64,000 nt of DNA, from contig MU004197.1 of assembly GCA_010093605.1 (NCBI GenBank), positions 1,116,001 to 1,180,000 of the forward strand, written 5' to 3'. Each line of letters opens with the position of its first letter. Positions within the stretch are counted from its first letter, which is position 1. Below are positions 23,640 to 37,651 of the stretch, in pieces. The notes below the pieces were generated by a model, which had not been told where the DNA came from, searched no databases, and saw only the letters and a list, made by a program, of their open reading frames with translations. The translations under genes were made by a program, and so were the position numbers. Source of the DNA: Lophium mytilinum (taxonomy: Eukaryota).

Positions 23640-25962
23640 TCAATCATCGAGCTCCTCCACAATCTCAAGCTCTTCTCCACCCACAGGCTGGCCCTTTGGC
23701 TTCTTCTTTTGTCGCTCTCTCTTCTTCTTTCCCCCATTCTCCTCCCCTTCGCCACCCTCGTCGCCCGAGACGTCAGCTCCAGCCAGTTGCTTTTGGCGCT
23801 GTATTTCCGCATACTCTTTCCTCGCAATGTCGACCTCGGCCTGGTTCTGTTCCTCGATTTCCTTCAATTCTGCCTCAAGTTGGCGGGGATCCTTGAACGC
23901 AGAGGCGTCTTTGCCAGTCCTCTTCAGGTACTCATTGAAATCGATTGGTTCTTTCCTCCCAACAAGAGCTTCTTTGATACGGTCCGGGTCCAGTCGCTCC
24001 TCACGAACGAATTTGTGCTTGATGCAACGGCGGTTTTTGTTAGGGAAGAGTGTGGCAACCATGCCAAAATCGGTGCCAAATATCGTTAAAGCGTCGTAGA
24101 ACTCGTTGGTGTCGGTAATAGTCCACTTCTTTGATGGGCCCCTTATGCGCTCTGCAGGGTCGCGGCGATTTGCAAGGAGATGACTGCCCATGTTGAACCG
24201 ATTAGTGAGGTCGTCCTCCTCAATTGCCTCCAGGATATCTTCATCTTCAGCAGCTTCGGCCCGGCGGTCTCGAATCAAAGAGTCCGAGTTGAGAACAATG
24301 TTGCCATCTGCGTCCGTTGTGAATTGAGGCACGTCGTTCGCAGCGTTTCGCTCGTTGGCAGCCTGGTCGAGGCGCTCGTCAACCTCTGTGGAGTTAGCAC
24401 CGCCATTCTGTGCGAGCTGGAGAGCTCGTTCCGCTCGACGTTTCTTGACTTCGTCCCAGTCTATTTCACGCATTTGTTTTTCCCGGGTGGAAAGTTTTCC
24501 CCGTCGCGTATCTGCCACGGCTAAGCTGGCCATGGTCGTGTCCGGGGCTACTTCGTAATCTTCAGCATCATCAGGCGTTGGAGCCCGAGTGCGTCGGCCC
24601 CGTTGTCGCGGCTCTTGTCCGTCCTCGTTACCGGCTTCTCCTTGGCCTTCCGTCTCTGCGGTGGCGGTCCTCTTTTTCCGAACTCTCTTAGGCTTTGGAC
24701 GAGGGTCGTCAGTAGCCCCGTTCTCTTCAGTACCCGGGGCCTTCCTCTTGGTTCCTTTGTCCTTGCGAACCTTTCGGGGTTTCTTGGTCGCAGGGCCTGG
24801 ATGTTCTGCTTCGCCGTCCTCGCGTGCTGGTCCCTCCTTTGCTTTCCTCTTGCCTCTTGGCTTTGCAGTGGCTTTAGGCTGCGTTCCTGGAGCCCTCCGT
24901 CTCTTCTTGCTTCCAGCTGTTTGCTCTGTTGTCTCTGTTGGAGGTGAAGGCGGTCCTGCGGTTTCCGATTGGGGTGTATCGGGCGAGGGCGATGGCGCGG
25001 CAGATGTCTCTGCCTGAGAAGGTGGCGCTGGTTCTCCTGATCGGGGAGTCGTAACAGCGGAGGGTGATGGCGTGGGCAGTGGGCGGTTCTCGGCTGTTTG
25101 TGAGAACGTAGGGATCGTGGTTGTGGTCGTAGTCGTGATCGTGACAGGCGTAGCTTCTTGATTCAATAGCGGAGATAGCGCCGGAGTATTCGACGTGGCT
25201 TGCGAATCTGCGAGGGTCGTGGTTTCTGGCGCCTGGCTTTGATCTGGGGCCTTGGATGTGCGATCTCGTGGTGGCTCTTGCGAGAGTCGCTGCCTCTTGG
25301 ATGGTCTCGGAGAGACGGCGCCGTCATCATCTTGCTCCTCTGCTTCAGCGGGCGCAGGGACTGGAGACTTCCCAGGCTCCCCAGCTCCACTACGCTGTTC
25401 TTGACGTGCATCTGAGGCTGTGGTATGTGTTGAAGGAGCTGCGCTACCCGATTGTACGGTGTTTGTCGTCAAGTGAGTTTGCGGGTCGATTGGAGCCTCT
25501 GTGTTTGTCGAGGTCGCTGTAGACTGTGTCGAGGTCGTGGCAGCCTGTGCTGGAGTCACAATAGCCTGTGCTGGAGTTTCAATAGGCTTCTGGGGTAGGG
25601 CGGTGGTGGGTGGTTGCGTTTCGGAAGTAGCATGCTGGCTGTCTGCTGGTTCTGGCTCTGCCTGCGTGGATGGCTGCGGCGTGGGGGCATCAACAGTCGG
25701 GGCTGCAGACGAGTCTGGGGGGGCTTGGGATGGTTCTGGAGCTGGAGGAGCGGGTGGTCGACGCCGCTGAATAGCTTTCGGTGCGAATTTCCGGGTAGAT
25801 TTGTCTGCGCGAAGAAGTCAGCCTGGGAACGAAGTGATAGCTGTGAAGCAGCTTAATTGGAAACTCACTGATCAGAGAGCTTCCAAAAGTGCTAACTGGT
25901 AGTGGCGCATGCGGCTTCTCGCTGGTGGCATTGGCCTGAGAAGCTCCGGCGTCTGAAGACAT
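23640..25962 (-). CDS. BDP1: TFIIIB B'' subunit Bdp1 (SANT/Myb-like domain)
   Basis: Exon 1 MSSDAG..SSLI| then KSTRKFAPKAIQRRR; SANT KWTITDTNEFYDALTIFGTDFGMVATLFPNKNRRCIKHKFVREER. Confidence 0.9.
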
Positions 25963-26273
25963 GTTGTTGGTCCATAGAAGTGTTGTGTTGGAGGGGGAGC
26001 GTTGTTACTGCAGCGGGGTGACAAGAGTCGTGGGATATTACAGAAGGGGCCTTGCTGGGTCTAGCGCGCCTTATGTCAGCGCCAAGTCCTCCAATCCGAC
26101 TCGCGGACCTGACTTACTTGACCACCGCGTTCTCCACTCTCTCCTCACCCCTTCTCACACTCGCCCTCCACTACCATCTGCTCGTCGACACTGCGCCCTC
26201 CCCACATCTGGTCCGCGGCGGGCCTCTGGCGCATTCCCTTCCTCCCTCACATCTCCCCCTTGCGGCTCTGGTG

Positions 26274-28721
26274 ATGAGGCTCGAGGCCAGGACCGTCATT
26301 GTCCCCCCCCAACTTGACGTCGTCAAGATGGAGGACCGCAAGCGGCCCGCCATGGGCGACGACGAATCTGTCCCCCCAGCTAAGAGGCAAGCCGTGACTG
26401 TCAACGGTGCGAGGTCGCATCCCGACGCTGACCTTCCCTGGAAAGATTTCAACATCGAGGTTCGCCCCCCTTCTCGCAGCCGCCCTCCCATTACATTCGT
26501 CGCGCCCTCGACTAATCATGTCGACACACTACAGCTGTTCCAGAAAGATGCCATCGTACGCCAGATGAAGGAGTACAAGCGAGAGAAGGTCGCGCTCGAG
26601 AACCAAGTCGCCAACATGGAAAAACGGTCAGCATATCACGATGACCATCTCCGCATAATCGACGTCTGGTTCTCTCAGGTTGGTCTCCTCACTACGAATA
26701 TTTCATTGCGCTGCAGGAAAAACTAATTGGTCTCGCAGCTCGTCGACGAGGTTCGGATCTTGGCTAATGATACCCACTCGCTGGGGACATCGCAAAGCTG
26801 TAAGCACTTGCCCTTTCCCTAGGACTTGATTAATCAAAGGCCAGACGCTGATAGAAAGGCATTCCAGCTCCCGACACGCCTTTCCCCTCCTCGCTGCTTT
26901 GGGCAGATACCGAGACCTTCCAGAAGCATCTGTTCGCGCGGTCTGAAGAAATAAAGTCTGCCCTGTCTGACCTCTTTGCCAAACTACCTACCGCGTCGCC
27001 CGACGTTCACCATCTCCAGAACAAGGTTTCCAAGTTACTGGCCTTGGAAAAAGAGCACATAGCGGAACTGCACCAGATCACTACCGAGAAAGAGGAACTG
27101 TCCGAGCGCATGGATACTGCCACACATCGCTACATGATTGCTGAGAAGAAGCTGGATCGTTCCAAGAGCATTCAGGTGTCCAAGTTGGAAAGCCAGGCAA
27201 TTCAAAGCAGCACCCGCGAAGATTCGTCTGCTACTAATCAGGACGGGGCCGTCGAGGTCAATGGGGTCAAAGGCGGCGCTCGTATCAATGAGGAGTTGGA
27301 GGCGCAAAAGAAGGAGGCCGTAGCTGAGTCCGTCAAGAGAAAAGAACAGCTGGAGCAACTTGAGTCGGAGAACAAGAAGCTGACAGAGCATGTCACATCC
27401 CTGACCATCAAACTCTCCGGACTCTCTGATGACGACTATGCCAAATCTGAACTCTTCAAAGTCCTCAAATCGCAACATGAAGATGTACTCAAGCGAATCA
27501 ATAACCTGGAGGCCACGAACAACCAACTGCGCGAAGAAGCCAAGAAGTTGCAAGCTGAGCGAACCGAGTACCGCATCCAGATTGACGAGGAAAGCCGAAT
27601 CATGCTCAACGAGACCGAAACCAGCCTTGCTCAAACCGAGGCAAATCTCACACGAGTTCGACATGCTCGAGATGAGCTTATCGCTGAGAACAGCATCATG
27701 AAGACGGGTCAAGATCAGAACAAGAGTCTAATCAACCAAACCAAAGAGCTCGCTAGCGCGAAGGAGAGCCGAATTGCAGCACTTGAATCAGAAGTCGAGA
27801 GATTACGCTTGAAATTGGCGGAGCAAGAGGGTGTCGAGACCAACCTTCCTGAACTTGATGAATTATCACCCGAACAGCTACGCAGCAAGATCATAAGCCT
27901 CGAAAGCCAATACAAGCTCTTGAGCAACGAACTGCCCTCTATGGAGACCGCTTGGAAAAAGGCACAAGCTATTGCAGGCCAGAAAATCAAAGACCAATCA
28001 GACGCGCTGGAAAAGATCAATCAAGCAAACGCTGACAAGGCTAAGGCCGACCAGAAGTATTTCGCTGCTATGAAGACTAAGGAGGCACGGGAAGTTGAAA
28101 ACAAATCTTTGGTGCTTCAACGATTGAAGAATGGTGAAGTCATTGCTTCTCTGAAAGAGGCGGAAGCCCTCAGTCGATCCCTCTTAGACAAGGTTGAGAA
28201 GCAGAACGCCGAAATGAAATCCCAAATGGACGACATGGCGAACCAACACCGCGTGATGCAGCAAAAGTTGAACGAAAATTCACATACGGCCGAAGGACAA
28301 TCCTCCCAGATCGCGGAACTGAAGAAGACTGTAGAGGCGAAGACCGCTGCTCAGCTAGCCGCCGCACACGGTCAACGAGAGGCCGAAGCCGAGCGCGAGA
28401 AGCTGAAGGTCCAGCTGGAAGAGTCGAAGAAACAGGCAAAATCTTGGAAAGAGAAGAGTATGGGCAATCAATCAGAGGAGGACAAACACATGCGGGTGAG
28501 TTCAAAAAGTATAACGTTACTTGCTTCTTATATTGACGTTGGACTAGGCCATGCTTCTGTGCGCAGTGTGCAAGAGGAACTTCAAGGACACGGCCATCAA
28601 GTCGTGCGGCCACCTGTTTTGTTTTGATTGTGTGAACGAACGACTCACGTCGCGGTCAAGGAAGTGCCCTCAATGCGGAAAGTCTTTCGGATCTAATGAT
28701 CACATGCGGGTTCATTTCTGA
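26274..28721 (+). CDS. BRE1: E3 ubiquitin ligase Bre1 (H2B monoubiquitination)
   Basis: MEDRKRP, FQKDAIVRQMKEYKREK, DDHLRIIDVWFSQ, long coiled coil, KAKADQKYFAAMK, C-terminal RING C..C..CGHLFCFDC..RKCPQC. Start may be 26328. Confidence 0.95.
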
Positions 28722-29364
28722 AATAATGAGAACCCGCTCGACTTGCCTATGCAACCCGGAGCACGGCACACACGGAACGGAAGCGGAGCCATCGGCCCAG
28801 GGATAAATATCTTTTTTTTCTCCTCATGGCTTGGACTCCGATGCAGACGAGAACCAGCATGTTTTCTCTGTTGAGCACCTCTTTGTCCCTGTATACTATA
28901 CCACAGATCTTCACTTCGGCCGACTGGGAGCTCTGTTGGCTGTTTTCTTCTGATGACTCTTTGGCTTTGAGTCTGAAGGCTTCTTCGATTGACTGGCGTT
29001 CTCAGCTTGTTGGCCTTTTGAGCGCACACTGTGGTTCGGCTGATCCACCCTCAGGCACTAGTGTGTTGTACGATACTACTGGCGTGGTTCCATCATGGCA
29101 AGGCTGGAGTTCCTAAATAGGCACGTTCGAGAGAGCGGTCGACGTCGAGATAAATAGCTTAGTTCGCTGAATGTGAGCGAAATGTCCCAACGTCACTTTA
29201 TTGCTTGTGACGAAGACGCGTGAATGGCCTTGGTGCAGTCAGTATCTTCGACTGTTTTCCGGATCCAAGAGAGATGAACACATTTAACCCAGGTGTTCTT
29301 CCTGTTCTCAACTGTTTTTGTTTGCCGTTGTGTCGCCTTCTGACAATGCGAATTCGACCTGCTT

Positions 29365-30663
29365 TCAAGCTTCCTCTCCGAATGGGTAATTAAACTTCAA
29401 CAGCGCATTAAGCCCGCCGACCCAGTGATCTTCCTCCTTCTCTTCCATTCCCACCACGCCACGCACGATACTCGGCACACCACCGCACCACTCTCCACTT
29501 CTTCTGTCCCTGATATCTTCACCTAGCACCCGCACCTCCATGCCCACGCCTACGCCCTTACTAATGCGTACCCCATCGACACTCACCTCCACTTCCCGTC
29601 CTCTATTCTTTTCACTCAAGCGTAATGTGATGGGCGTATTTGCTGGCAACACCAGTGGACGGAAAGAAAGACTCCGAGGACAGATAGGCGTCAAAAGGAG
29701 TGACGAGACAAGCGGATGCACGATACTGCCGCCGCTGGAGAGAGAGTAGGCCGTCGAGCCAGTGGGCGAGGATATAATCATGCCATCCGCGACGGCTTCT
29801 GTCAGAAATCGCCCGCCAACAAAGACATCGATTATCTTCAAATGGGGGGACGAGCCTCGGTGTACGATCACTTCATTCAAGGCGTAAGTATCGCCAGCAG
29901 CGGGGTCAGAGCTGTTAAGCCGGTCACCTGAGGGGGAGAATACAGAGATGCGAAGGCGGTTTCGGAGAAGGATGCGGGCGGGACGGGCAGCGCCCATTGA
30001 TTTGCCGCGGATGGAAGCGTATGTCGGTGTAGTATTGGCATCTTCTGAGTCAGTAATTTCGGATTGGTCTTTTTGGTCGATGCTGGCGTATGCATCGTGC
30101 GCGCCGGACATGTAGACTTCGCGGAAAGCGCGCTTATATTCCTTGAACTTCCATTCCCCGAGGAATCCAAGCGTGCCCATCCCAAACGAGAGGATGGGCG
30201 GGACGCAGGGTGTGTGCGCGAAGAGGGAGGAGGCGTGTAGGACCGTGCCGTCGCCACCTAGGGTGGAGACGAGGTCTGTTTTGTCGGATAGTATGGTCGG
30301 TGTGGGCGCATCATGGAGGGTGGGCGTCGAGGTGGTGTAAACGGGGAAGTCTAGCTTCGAGTGGACTTCTTCGGCGGCGTGCGGCTCGAGCATGAGGTTC
30401 ATGGACGGGTACGTGGAGTGTATATGCTGGGCGTATTCGATCAGGGACTCGGTAATCTCAGGGGTGTTGTTTTTCTTGGTCAGGAGGACGTTGCGTGGTG
30501 GTGACGGCCATTGCAGGCACAGCAGGTCGTTCTGCCGTGTTTCGGTGTACTTTGGGTTTATTCGGGCGGGCAGTTCAGATAGGCTTTTTATCACTCTTCG
30601 TGAACTGCTGTGGGAGAAGGACCTCCGCCAGGGGAGCACGCGACGAGGTACGAAGTACTTCAT
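29365..30663 (-). CDS. POS5: Mitochondrial NAD(H) kinase
   Basis: Arg/Ser-rich presequence, TLGGDGTVLH, GTLGFL, ALNEV, ADGMIISSPTGSTAYSLSSGG, TPICPRSLSFRP; intronless. Confidence 0.92.
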   Translation of the reverse strand: MKYFVPRRVLPWRRSFSHSSSRRVIKSLSELPARINPKYTETRQNDLLCLQWPSPPRNVLLTKKNNTPEITESLIEYAQHIHSTYPSMNLMLEPHAAEEVHSKLDFPVYTTSTPTLHDAPTPTILSDKTDLVSTLGGDGTVLHASSLFAHTPCVPPILSFGMGTLGFLGEWKFKEYKRAFREVYMSGAHDAYASIDQKDQSEITDSEDANTTPTYASIRGKSMGAARPARILLRNRLRISVFSPSGDRLNSSDPAAGDTYALNEVIVHRGSSPHLKIIDVFVGGRFLTEAVADGMIISSPTGSTAYSLSSGGSIVHPLVSSLLLTPICPRSLSFRPLVLPANTPITLRLSEKNRGREVEVSVDGVRISKGVGVGMEVRVLGEDIRDRRSGEWCGGVPSIVRGVVGMEEKEEDHWVGGLNALLKFNYPFGEEA

Positions 30664-31524
30664 GCTTGTATGCGACTACCTGCTGTTCGAAGATTTTCAA
30701 ACGGTGGACCAAAGATGGAAAGAAAAGGAAACCACATGAGATATTAGCCAACGTCAAGAGAACCCTCCAGCAATTACTTGCGGGCACCTAGGCAGGTCTT
30801 GACGACTTCTGACGAGTGTATGGAAATAGCTTTGTAGGCTTCTGGAGTTGACGTCTGCTCAGAATGTGGGCCCAAGCTCTTATCGATTAGGTAGCGAATC
30901 GCAGGGCAGGTGTTCTAAGAGTCAAGCATTTTAGTCGGCTCTAGCACATGAAGCTGCTGCCACGGTCAGACGTAGGCACAAATCGGTGTAAGATGCCATA
31001 CCAGACACCAGAGCTCTAGCCGGTCCGCGTGACGTGGTCTGAGAGGTTCCGCCGCGTCTTGCATCATGTTTCGGTTCTTGTCCCAGGACAGCAACTCACC
31101 GAAATGCTGTTGTGGTGCCGCGTTCCTTAAAGCGCCCACCGCTCTCCTCCGGCGGCGACATCACCCCGCGTCTCCGCGCATGTGTTCTTTGGTCCCCGAT
31201 CTGCCTGGTCAGCTCGTCCACCGCAAGCACGACCACGTCTTATAGCCAGCCTTCTTTGCGAGCCTTCTCCCGCAGCATGATCGAAATTCACGACTTCAGG
31301 CCCTTATCCTACTCCCCACTACTCTGACTTCATCCTAGCACGCGCTGAGCCTGGGGCACTTGACTCAGCCCGCCGCCGCGGCTTATTCTCTCCACACAGT
31401 ACAGCTGGCTCCAGAGCTACCACGCGACCTAGAGCCCACCACCCTCTCGACCGTCAGCCATATTCTAGCCTTAGATCGCCTCTCCACCGCCCTCCTTCGC
31501 ATTCCTACCCTCCTGTAATCTATC

Positions 31525-32972
31525 ATGGCAACCAACGACCTAAAACAAAGATACCCCGCCGCTTCCGTGACGCCCAAGGCAGAGAACGGCGCCGCAACCA
31601 ACGGCACCGCAGAGAAGATCAAGACTGGCGAGCTGCACCCTGGGGGAGCCATCAAACATGGCACATATAAACAGGCGCTACGTATGGCGTTGTTTGCAGC
31701 GTACTTTAACGGATGCTGCGTCTGGTGCGTGATCTTAAGCTAACGTCGTCCAGCACGCTAATGCCAGGACTCAGCATTCTTGTTTCCCAGCTCCTTGGAG
31801 CTCCCCTATATTTCTACGATAAAGATCTGTACTACGCCTGGATGGCCATGACGAAGCAGCACTTCGGCCTGGTTATCACCACCATGACCCAGTGGTGGAG
31901 TCCCACAACTGTGCGAATAAGCGGAGACAAATCTGTGCGAGGACAGCTGCGTCAGGTCGCGGATGGCCGGATAGAGTGTGACTTTCCGGAGCGTATGGTC
32001 CTCATTGCAAATCACCAGGTTCGACAGCTTCCCTATCTTGCTGAAATCATTGCTCTAACTAAATCAGATATATACGGACTGGCTATACCTGTGGTGGATA
32101 GCCTACACCGCGAAAATGCACGGCCACATCTACATCATTCTCAAAGAGTCTATTAAGTGGATTCCCGTGATTGGGCAGGGTATGATGTTCTACGGATTCA
32201 TATTCCTGTCGCGAAAGTGGTCAACGGATAAGCCGCGCTTCAAGCACCGCTTGCAGAAGCTTAACAGCAACCACGGCGGCATGCTCTCTGGGAGCCAAGA
32301 GCTCGATCCCATGTGGCTGCTCATCTTTCCCGAGGGCACTAATCTGTCAAACAATGGTAGAATCTCAAGCGCCAAATGGGCAGAAAAGACCGGAATACCA
32401 GACCTACAACATGCCCTATTACCGCGCAGCACGGGGCTTCAATTTTGTCTCCAAGAGATGAGGCATACCGTAGAATGGGTGTATGACTGTACAGTGACAT
32501 ACGAGGGCGTCCCGTAAGCTGCATCCGTTCATCTTTAGTTCCTTGACGGTAGTGTTAATGCAACCCCAGTCGCGGTCAATTCGGGCAAGATATCTTTACT
32601 CTCCGCTCAACGTACTTCCAAGGCCGACCTCCAAAGTCGGTTAACATGCATTGGCGGCGGTTCGCTATGTCTTCAATCCCGATGGATGACACCAAAGAAT
32701 TCGAGAAGTGGGTCCTGCAACGTTGGATCGAAAAAGACCAGCTCTTGGAGTATTTTGTCCAGACCGGCCGCTTCCCCGCCGACGACGAAGCTGGGCCATC
32801 CCTCGATGGTACCAAGGAAATCAAAGGTGCCGGACATATCGAGACGGAGGTCCGAACAGCAAACCCCTTAGAGTTTTTGCAGATCATCCTTCCTGGTGCG
32901 GCGCTAATCTTGGTACTAAACGTGCTTGGGAAGATATGGCGAATGTTCGCTCGCGGAATCTTTGGAGGCTAG
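31525..32972 (+). CDS. Lysophospholipid acyltransferase (PlsC family, Cst26/LCLAT1-like), 4 exons
   Basis: IANHQ|IYTDWLY (NHxxxxD), FIFLSR, LLIFPEGTN, LLPRSTG, WVYDCT, PPKSVNMHWRRF. Confidence 0.9.
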
Positions 32973-35188
32973 CATGATCAAGATATACGGCAGTTTGATT
33001 TGGACCTAGGTAGAAAGCGTAGAGACAACATGCAAAGGCATGCTCTGGTTAGCGGCGTCGTTCAGGTATCGGTTTCTCTTATTGTTCAATGCGTTTTTAA
33101 GAGTGTTGTGGCTGCATTATACCCAAGCTACACCTGGACTTCCTGTGTCACGGCAGTACAATGTCTCATTCTAGATCTGTGTACACAGAACGGAAGTGTG
33201 AGCTACCACGAATGTCTGAAGAAAGTTGTAAACACCACAAGCAGTGGCGGAAGAGTGTGCACAAATCTTTGATGAGGCATGGCATATACAGAGAAACATG
33301 GTTGAAAGAAGATGTGATATGGAATACTTAATGAAATTTGAACATGACTCAATCGATCTCCATCCAGGGTCGTGGGGGTCAAAGAAACTAAGACGTGGAT
33401 GATAGAGAAGGTCACTTGTACTCTATCTTCCAAGGAGGTTGCTGCTGAGTAAAATAACATGTTCCATGTAAGTGGCGCATATGCAGGCAACGACCCAGTC
33501 CAGTGAAGTTTTCCATCATACCAATGGTCGTCCCCAAGGTACGATAGTGCTCGAGTCTATTCATCAAGGAATGAATTTCGCCCTTATCAACAGGCATCTT
33601 CAAAACGGGATGGGATTACCTGAAAGCTTCAAATGCAAAGAGGGAGCGAACGGCGATGCCCGTGGAGTCTCCTACGTATCTTTCTCCCTTGTCCCAAAGA
33701 CTGTCACCCAATCTTACGCTCAAAACAGTCCATTCTGAGCGAGCAAAATTCGTTAGAGATAATCCTTTCTTGAAAAGGGTTCAATCATAAGGAGTCATCC
33801 TACGGTCTTTCTTGAGTCGAGCTCATATGATGTCGTAGTGACCCAGAAAGTTAAAGACTGGAGATCTCAACTTCAAGAGATCTATCTACCCACTTGAAGA
33901 TAAGTCTACACAAACTCTCAACATAATGCTCTTAAATCTCTCCCGTCGAAGACTGTCAACCTAAACTATGCTCCTAAAACTAGCAACACTTCAGGTGTGG
34001 ACCAGCAAGTACCTCATTACATATTTTGTTGTCGATACCGTGATTCTGCTACAGCGGGCCCCGGTCATACTCTCACCAGGAGCTTACAGATCTGAGCCTT
34101 TCACGCTAGACCCCTCATGCCATGACTCAACTTCCCAGGTTTGACTAGCGATAATCGCACTAGATCTGGACATATCAAGATCTTCAGCTATCTCGATTGT
34201 TGAAGAACTTCTCTCGTTTTGGGTGTATGAGTGGTGCTTACACCTTGAGTGTCAGTCCCACTCTCCGAAACTTTATTTTACCCTTTTATAGGATAATGTA
34301 ATGCTACAGGGCAAACAGCTCATCGCGAACATTTAAGAGCAGCATATACATTCTCGTAAGGTATGCTTGGATGAGGAGGTACGACGTAGGGTACCCAGCC
34401 ACGAAGCATGTTCGCGATGCCAGCGCATTGCGCAAGATTGCGTAGTCAGCGTGCGAGAGTACGGAATGAGGATGCTGAGGCGCAAAGGAAAAGTGGAGTC
34501 CTCAGGGCTGATCCATCGAAATTCTACAGTGTTCTGTGAAGCGATCCGTATGAATCAAATCATGGTGTTAAGACCCGCTCGGACGAATTCTCGTGGTAGT
34601 CGGGAGCCCCCTGGCGATGACGTCGGCCAGCTGTGGTGATTACTGTTCAATGGTCGCCGGGGCTTGGGCGGTGTTAAGCAGGGAGAGGTTTTAGCGTGCC
34701 ATGGGGAGAAACTAAACTGCTTTTTATCGCCGATTTGGAAGACAACCTTTGCTGCGTAATCGACTGCCAGCCACCAAACTCCATCATTCGCGGCGCTGCA
34801 TGCAGGACCATAAACTCGAATCGGTGCAATCTGTGCCCGCACAGGCAACCCACCAATGGCGACGCATCCAGATAGCGTTAAGCTTTTTTGTGTTCTCCCG
34901 CTTCCTGACTAAATCCTTGGTGCTTGGAAACCGATCGCTGACTGTCTCGCAACACTGCATGCTTGTGTAACTGCCAGACTCCGGGTGAGTAGTAGTAGAG
35001 GTAGTTGTAAAATCCGATAGGAACAAATGTATATATGTCTGTCCTATTCATCATGTCTCATCATCAACAGCTCGAGTCCTCCTCACATCTCCACCTCCAC
35101 TACTCATCATCCCTTTGCATTCCACCGTTCCAAATCAGTAACATACCCTATCTGAATATTCGAGTGTTCCTCCCAAACCTAACTGAAG

Positions 35189-37093
35189 ATGTACGCCCTT
35201 TTGAGGGATGCCCCTGTTGGGCAGATTATCAGATGGGTCACCAAGAAACAGGCCCTACAGTACCCTGAAGAAAAGGCCGACTTTTTGTTGCCGTCGACAT
35301 ACGCCAAATTCCATGACGAGGCTCAACCCCTCCCGGTATCAGCGCCAGAGGGCCTACCCACCGAGGAAGTAGTCCCAGCAGAGCCCGGAACTGCCCTCGA
35401 GCTGGAGCCCAAGACGACAAGAGACTCAGACGACGACGAATATGACGACTCAATCGACCTAGAAAAGATGAAGACTGCTGGAACGATGAATACAAGTCGG
35501 ACTGGCTTGTCGCGGCTCGGCACGAGAACTGCCCTTTCAAAGTCCCATACGCGAGCCGATCTTGAGCAGCAATTCTCAATCGCGACTCTAGAAAAGGGGC
35601 CAACTCTGCCAATCGCGCCAGAGAGACTAGACGACGGCACCATTCTTGTAGACTGGTATACCACGGATGATGAAGAAAACCCACAGAACTGGTCGTTTGG
35701 CAAAAAAGCATTCGTTTCGTTGCAGATATAGTAAGTTCGTGAGCTTCGAATGTCTAAACCTCGGCCTCTAACGCGACATAGTCTTTACACTCTCGCATTC
35801 TACATGGGCTCCGCAATCTACGCTCCTAGTGAATTGGGGGTTATGGAGCGGTTTGGTGTCTCTCAGCAACAGGCCGCCCTGGGTTTGTCTATGTATGTCC
35901 TTGCATACGGTATTGGACCCCTCGTCTTCTCGCCGATGAGCGAGATCCCCATCATCGGCCGAAATCCACCATATATGATAACTTTTGCAATATTCGTCAT
36001 ATTGTGTATTCCCGCAGCCGTCGTCGACAACTTCGCAGGCCTTATTGTACTTCGCTTCCTCCAAGGGTTCTTCGGCAGCCCTTCTTTAGCTACCGGCGGC
36101 GCTACCCTGCAGGACATGTACTCGCTCATCAAGCTACCATATGCCCTCTCACTATGGGCTCTCGCTGCAACCTCTGGACCAGCTCTTGGCCCTATAATTA
36201 GCGGTTTCAGTGTTTCAGCGGAGAACTGGCGATGGTCCCTCTGGGAGATGGTTTGGCTCGCTGGCCCAATCTGGATCCTCCTCTTCTTCGCTCTCCCAGA
36301 GACATCTGCCTCCAACATTCTCCTTCGCCGGGCTTCACGCCTTCGGGCGCTAACAGGCAACCCAAACCTCAAGAGTCAGAGCGAGATCGATCAAGCAAAC
36401 CTATCCTCTCGCGACATTGTCGTTGAGGCCCTATGGCGACCCATGCAGCTCATGCTGTTCGACCCCGCTATTGCCTTTACGGCCGTGTACACAGCCTTGA
36501 TTTACGGCATATACTACAGCTTCTTCGAAGCGTTCCCTCTTGTCTATAACGGCATGTATGGCTTCAATCTTGGCCAGCAGGGACTCACCTTCTTGTCCAT
36601 CACCGTTGGGGTTATCATCGCCATTGCCGCATACTGGAGCTACATATACTACATTGTTGAGCCTGAAATCCGCGCATACGGATTAGGAGCTCCAGAGCGT
36701 CGCCTCATCCCTGCGCTCTTCGTAACGTTCCTACTGCCGATCGGCTTATTCATATTTGGTTGGACCAGCGACCCCAGCATCCATTGGATAGTGTCCGTCA
36801 TCGGCATCGGCATCTTTACCATCGGTATCTTCCTCATCATCCAGTGCATCTTCTTGTACCTGCCCATCACGTACCCGCAGTACGCAGCCAGCTTGTTCGC
36901 AGGTAACGACTTCATCCGGAGCACTCTCGCAGCTGGTGCTATTCATTTCTCCAGCCCGCTCTACAAGAATCTAGGCGTGGGACCCGGTGTGAGCTTGGTG
37001 GCTGGGCTCACCTGTGGGTGCGTCGTAGGAGTGTATGTGCTCTACTTCTATGGTGCTCAATTGAGGGCGAGGAGTCGGTTCGCCGCAAAATAA
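35189..37093 (+). CDS. MFS drug:H+ antiporter (DHA1 family)
   Basis: LVDWYTTDDEENPQNWS, GIGPLVFSPMSE..IGR, LRFLQGFFGS, GPALGPIISG, PETS, PERRL; one intron near 35730-35780. Confidence 0.93.
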
Positions 37094-37651
37094 GTATCAT
37101 TACAAGATTTTACGAAGACTAAGAGATGCTGTCGGAGGAGTAGTTGCTTTTAATGATCTTAGCGGGTGGGATATTAGCATCGGGAAATGGATTTAGCGAG
37201 GTGTTTGAGGGGCTTTTGGGTATAGAATTACATAATCTTAATGTGCAACATGCTTCCTACCACTATTTCGCTACAATTGTGTAAGAAAGGCCCGCATTTG
37301 AACTAGTCTACTGTCCTTGAAAAGCTCTGTATCATCTGTGGAGCTCATCTGTGGAACTCGTGAGCAGCATCATTCAACGCAGCCAGTAAGGGTGAGGGAG
37401 TGGGGCCACGCGCCAACTCCCACGTCAAAGGCACTTGGAACATCAGGCATCCAGCCACGCGCCAGCGTAAGCACGTCTTTATCCAGATCACCCACCGCTG
37501 CTCACCAGCGAACTTCACGGATACACCAACCACATTAACGTATTGAGGGCCTTCGGTAACCTGAGCTCCGCCATTTGGATTGAAGAAATCAGCTCGGTCA
37601 CGACTCTAGTATTCATTAAAAGCATCCGGGCTTGTCTCTTGTTATCTCGAC

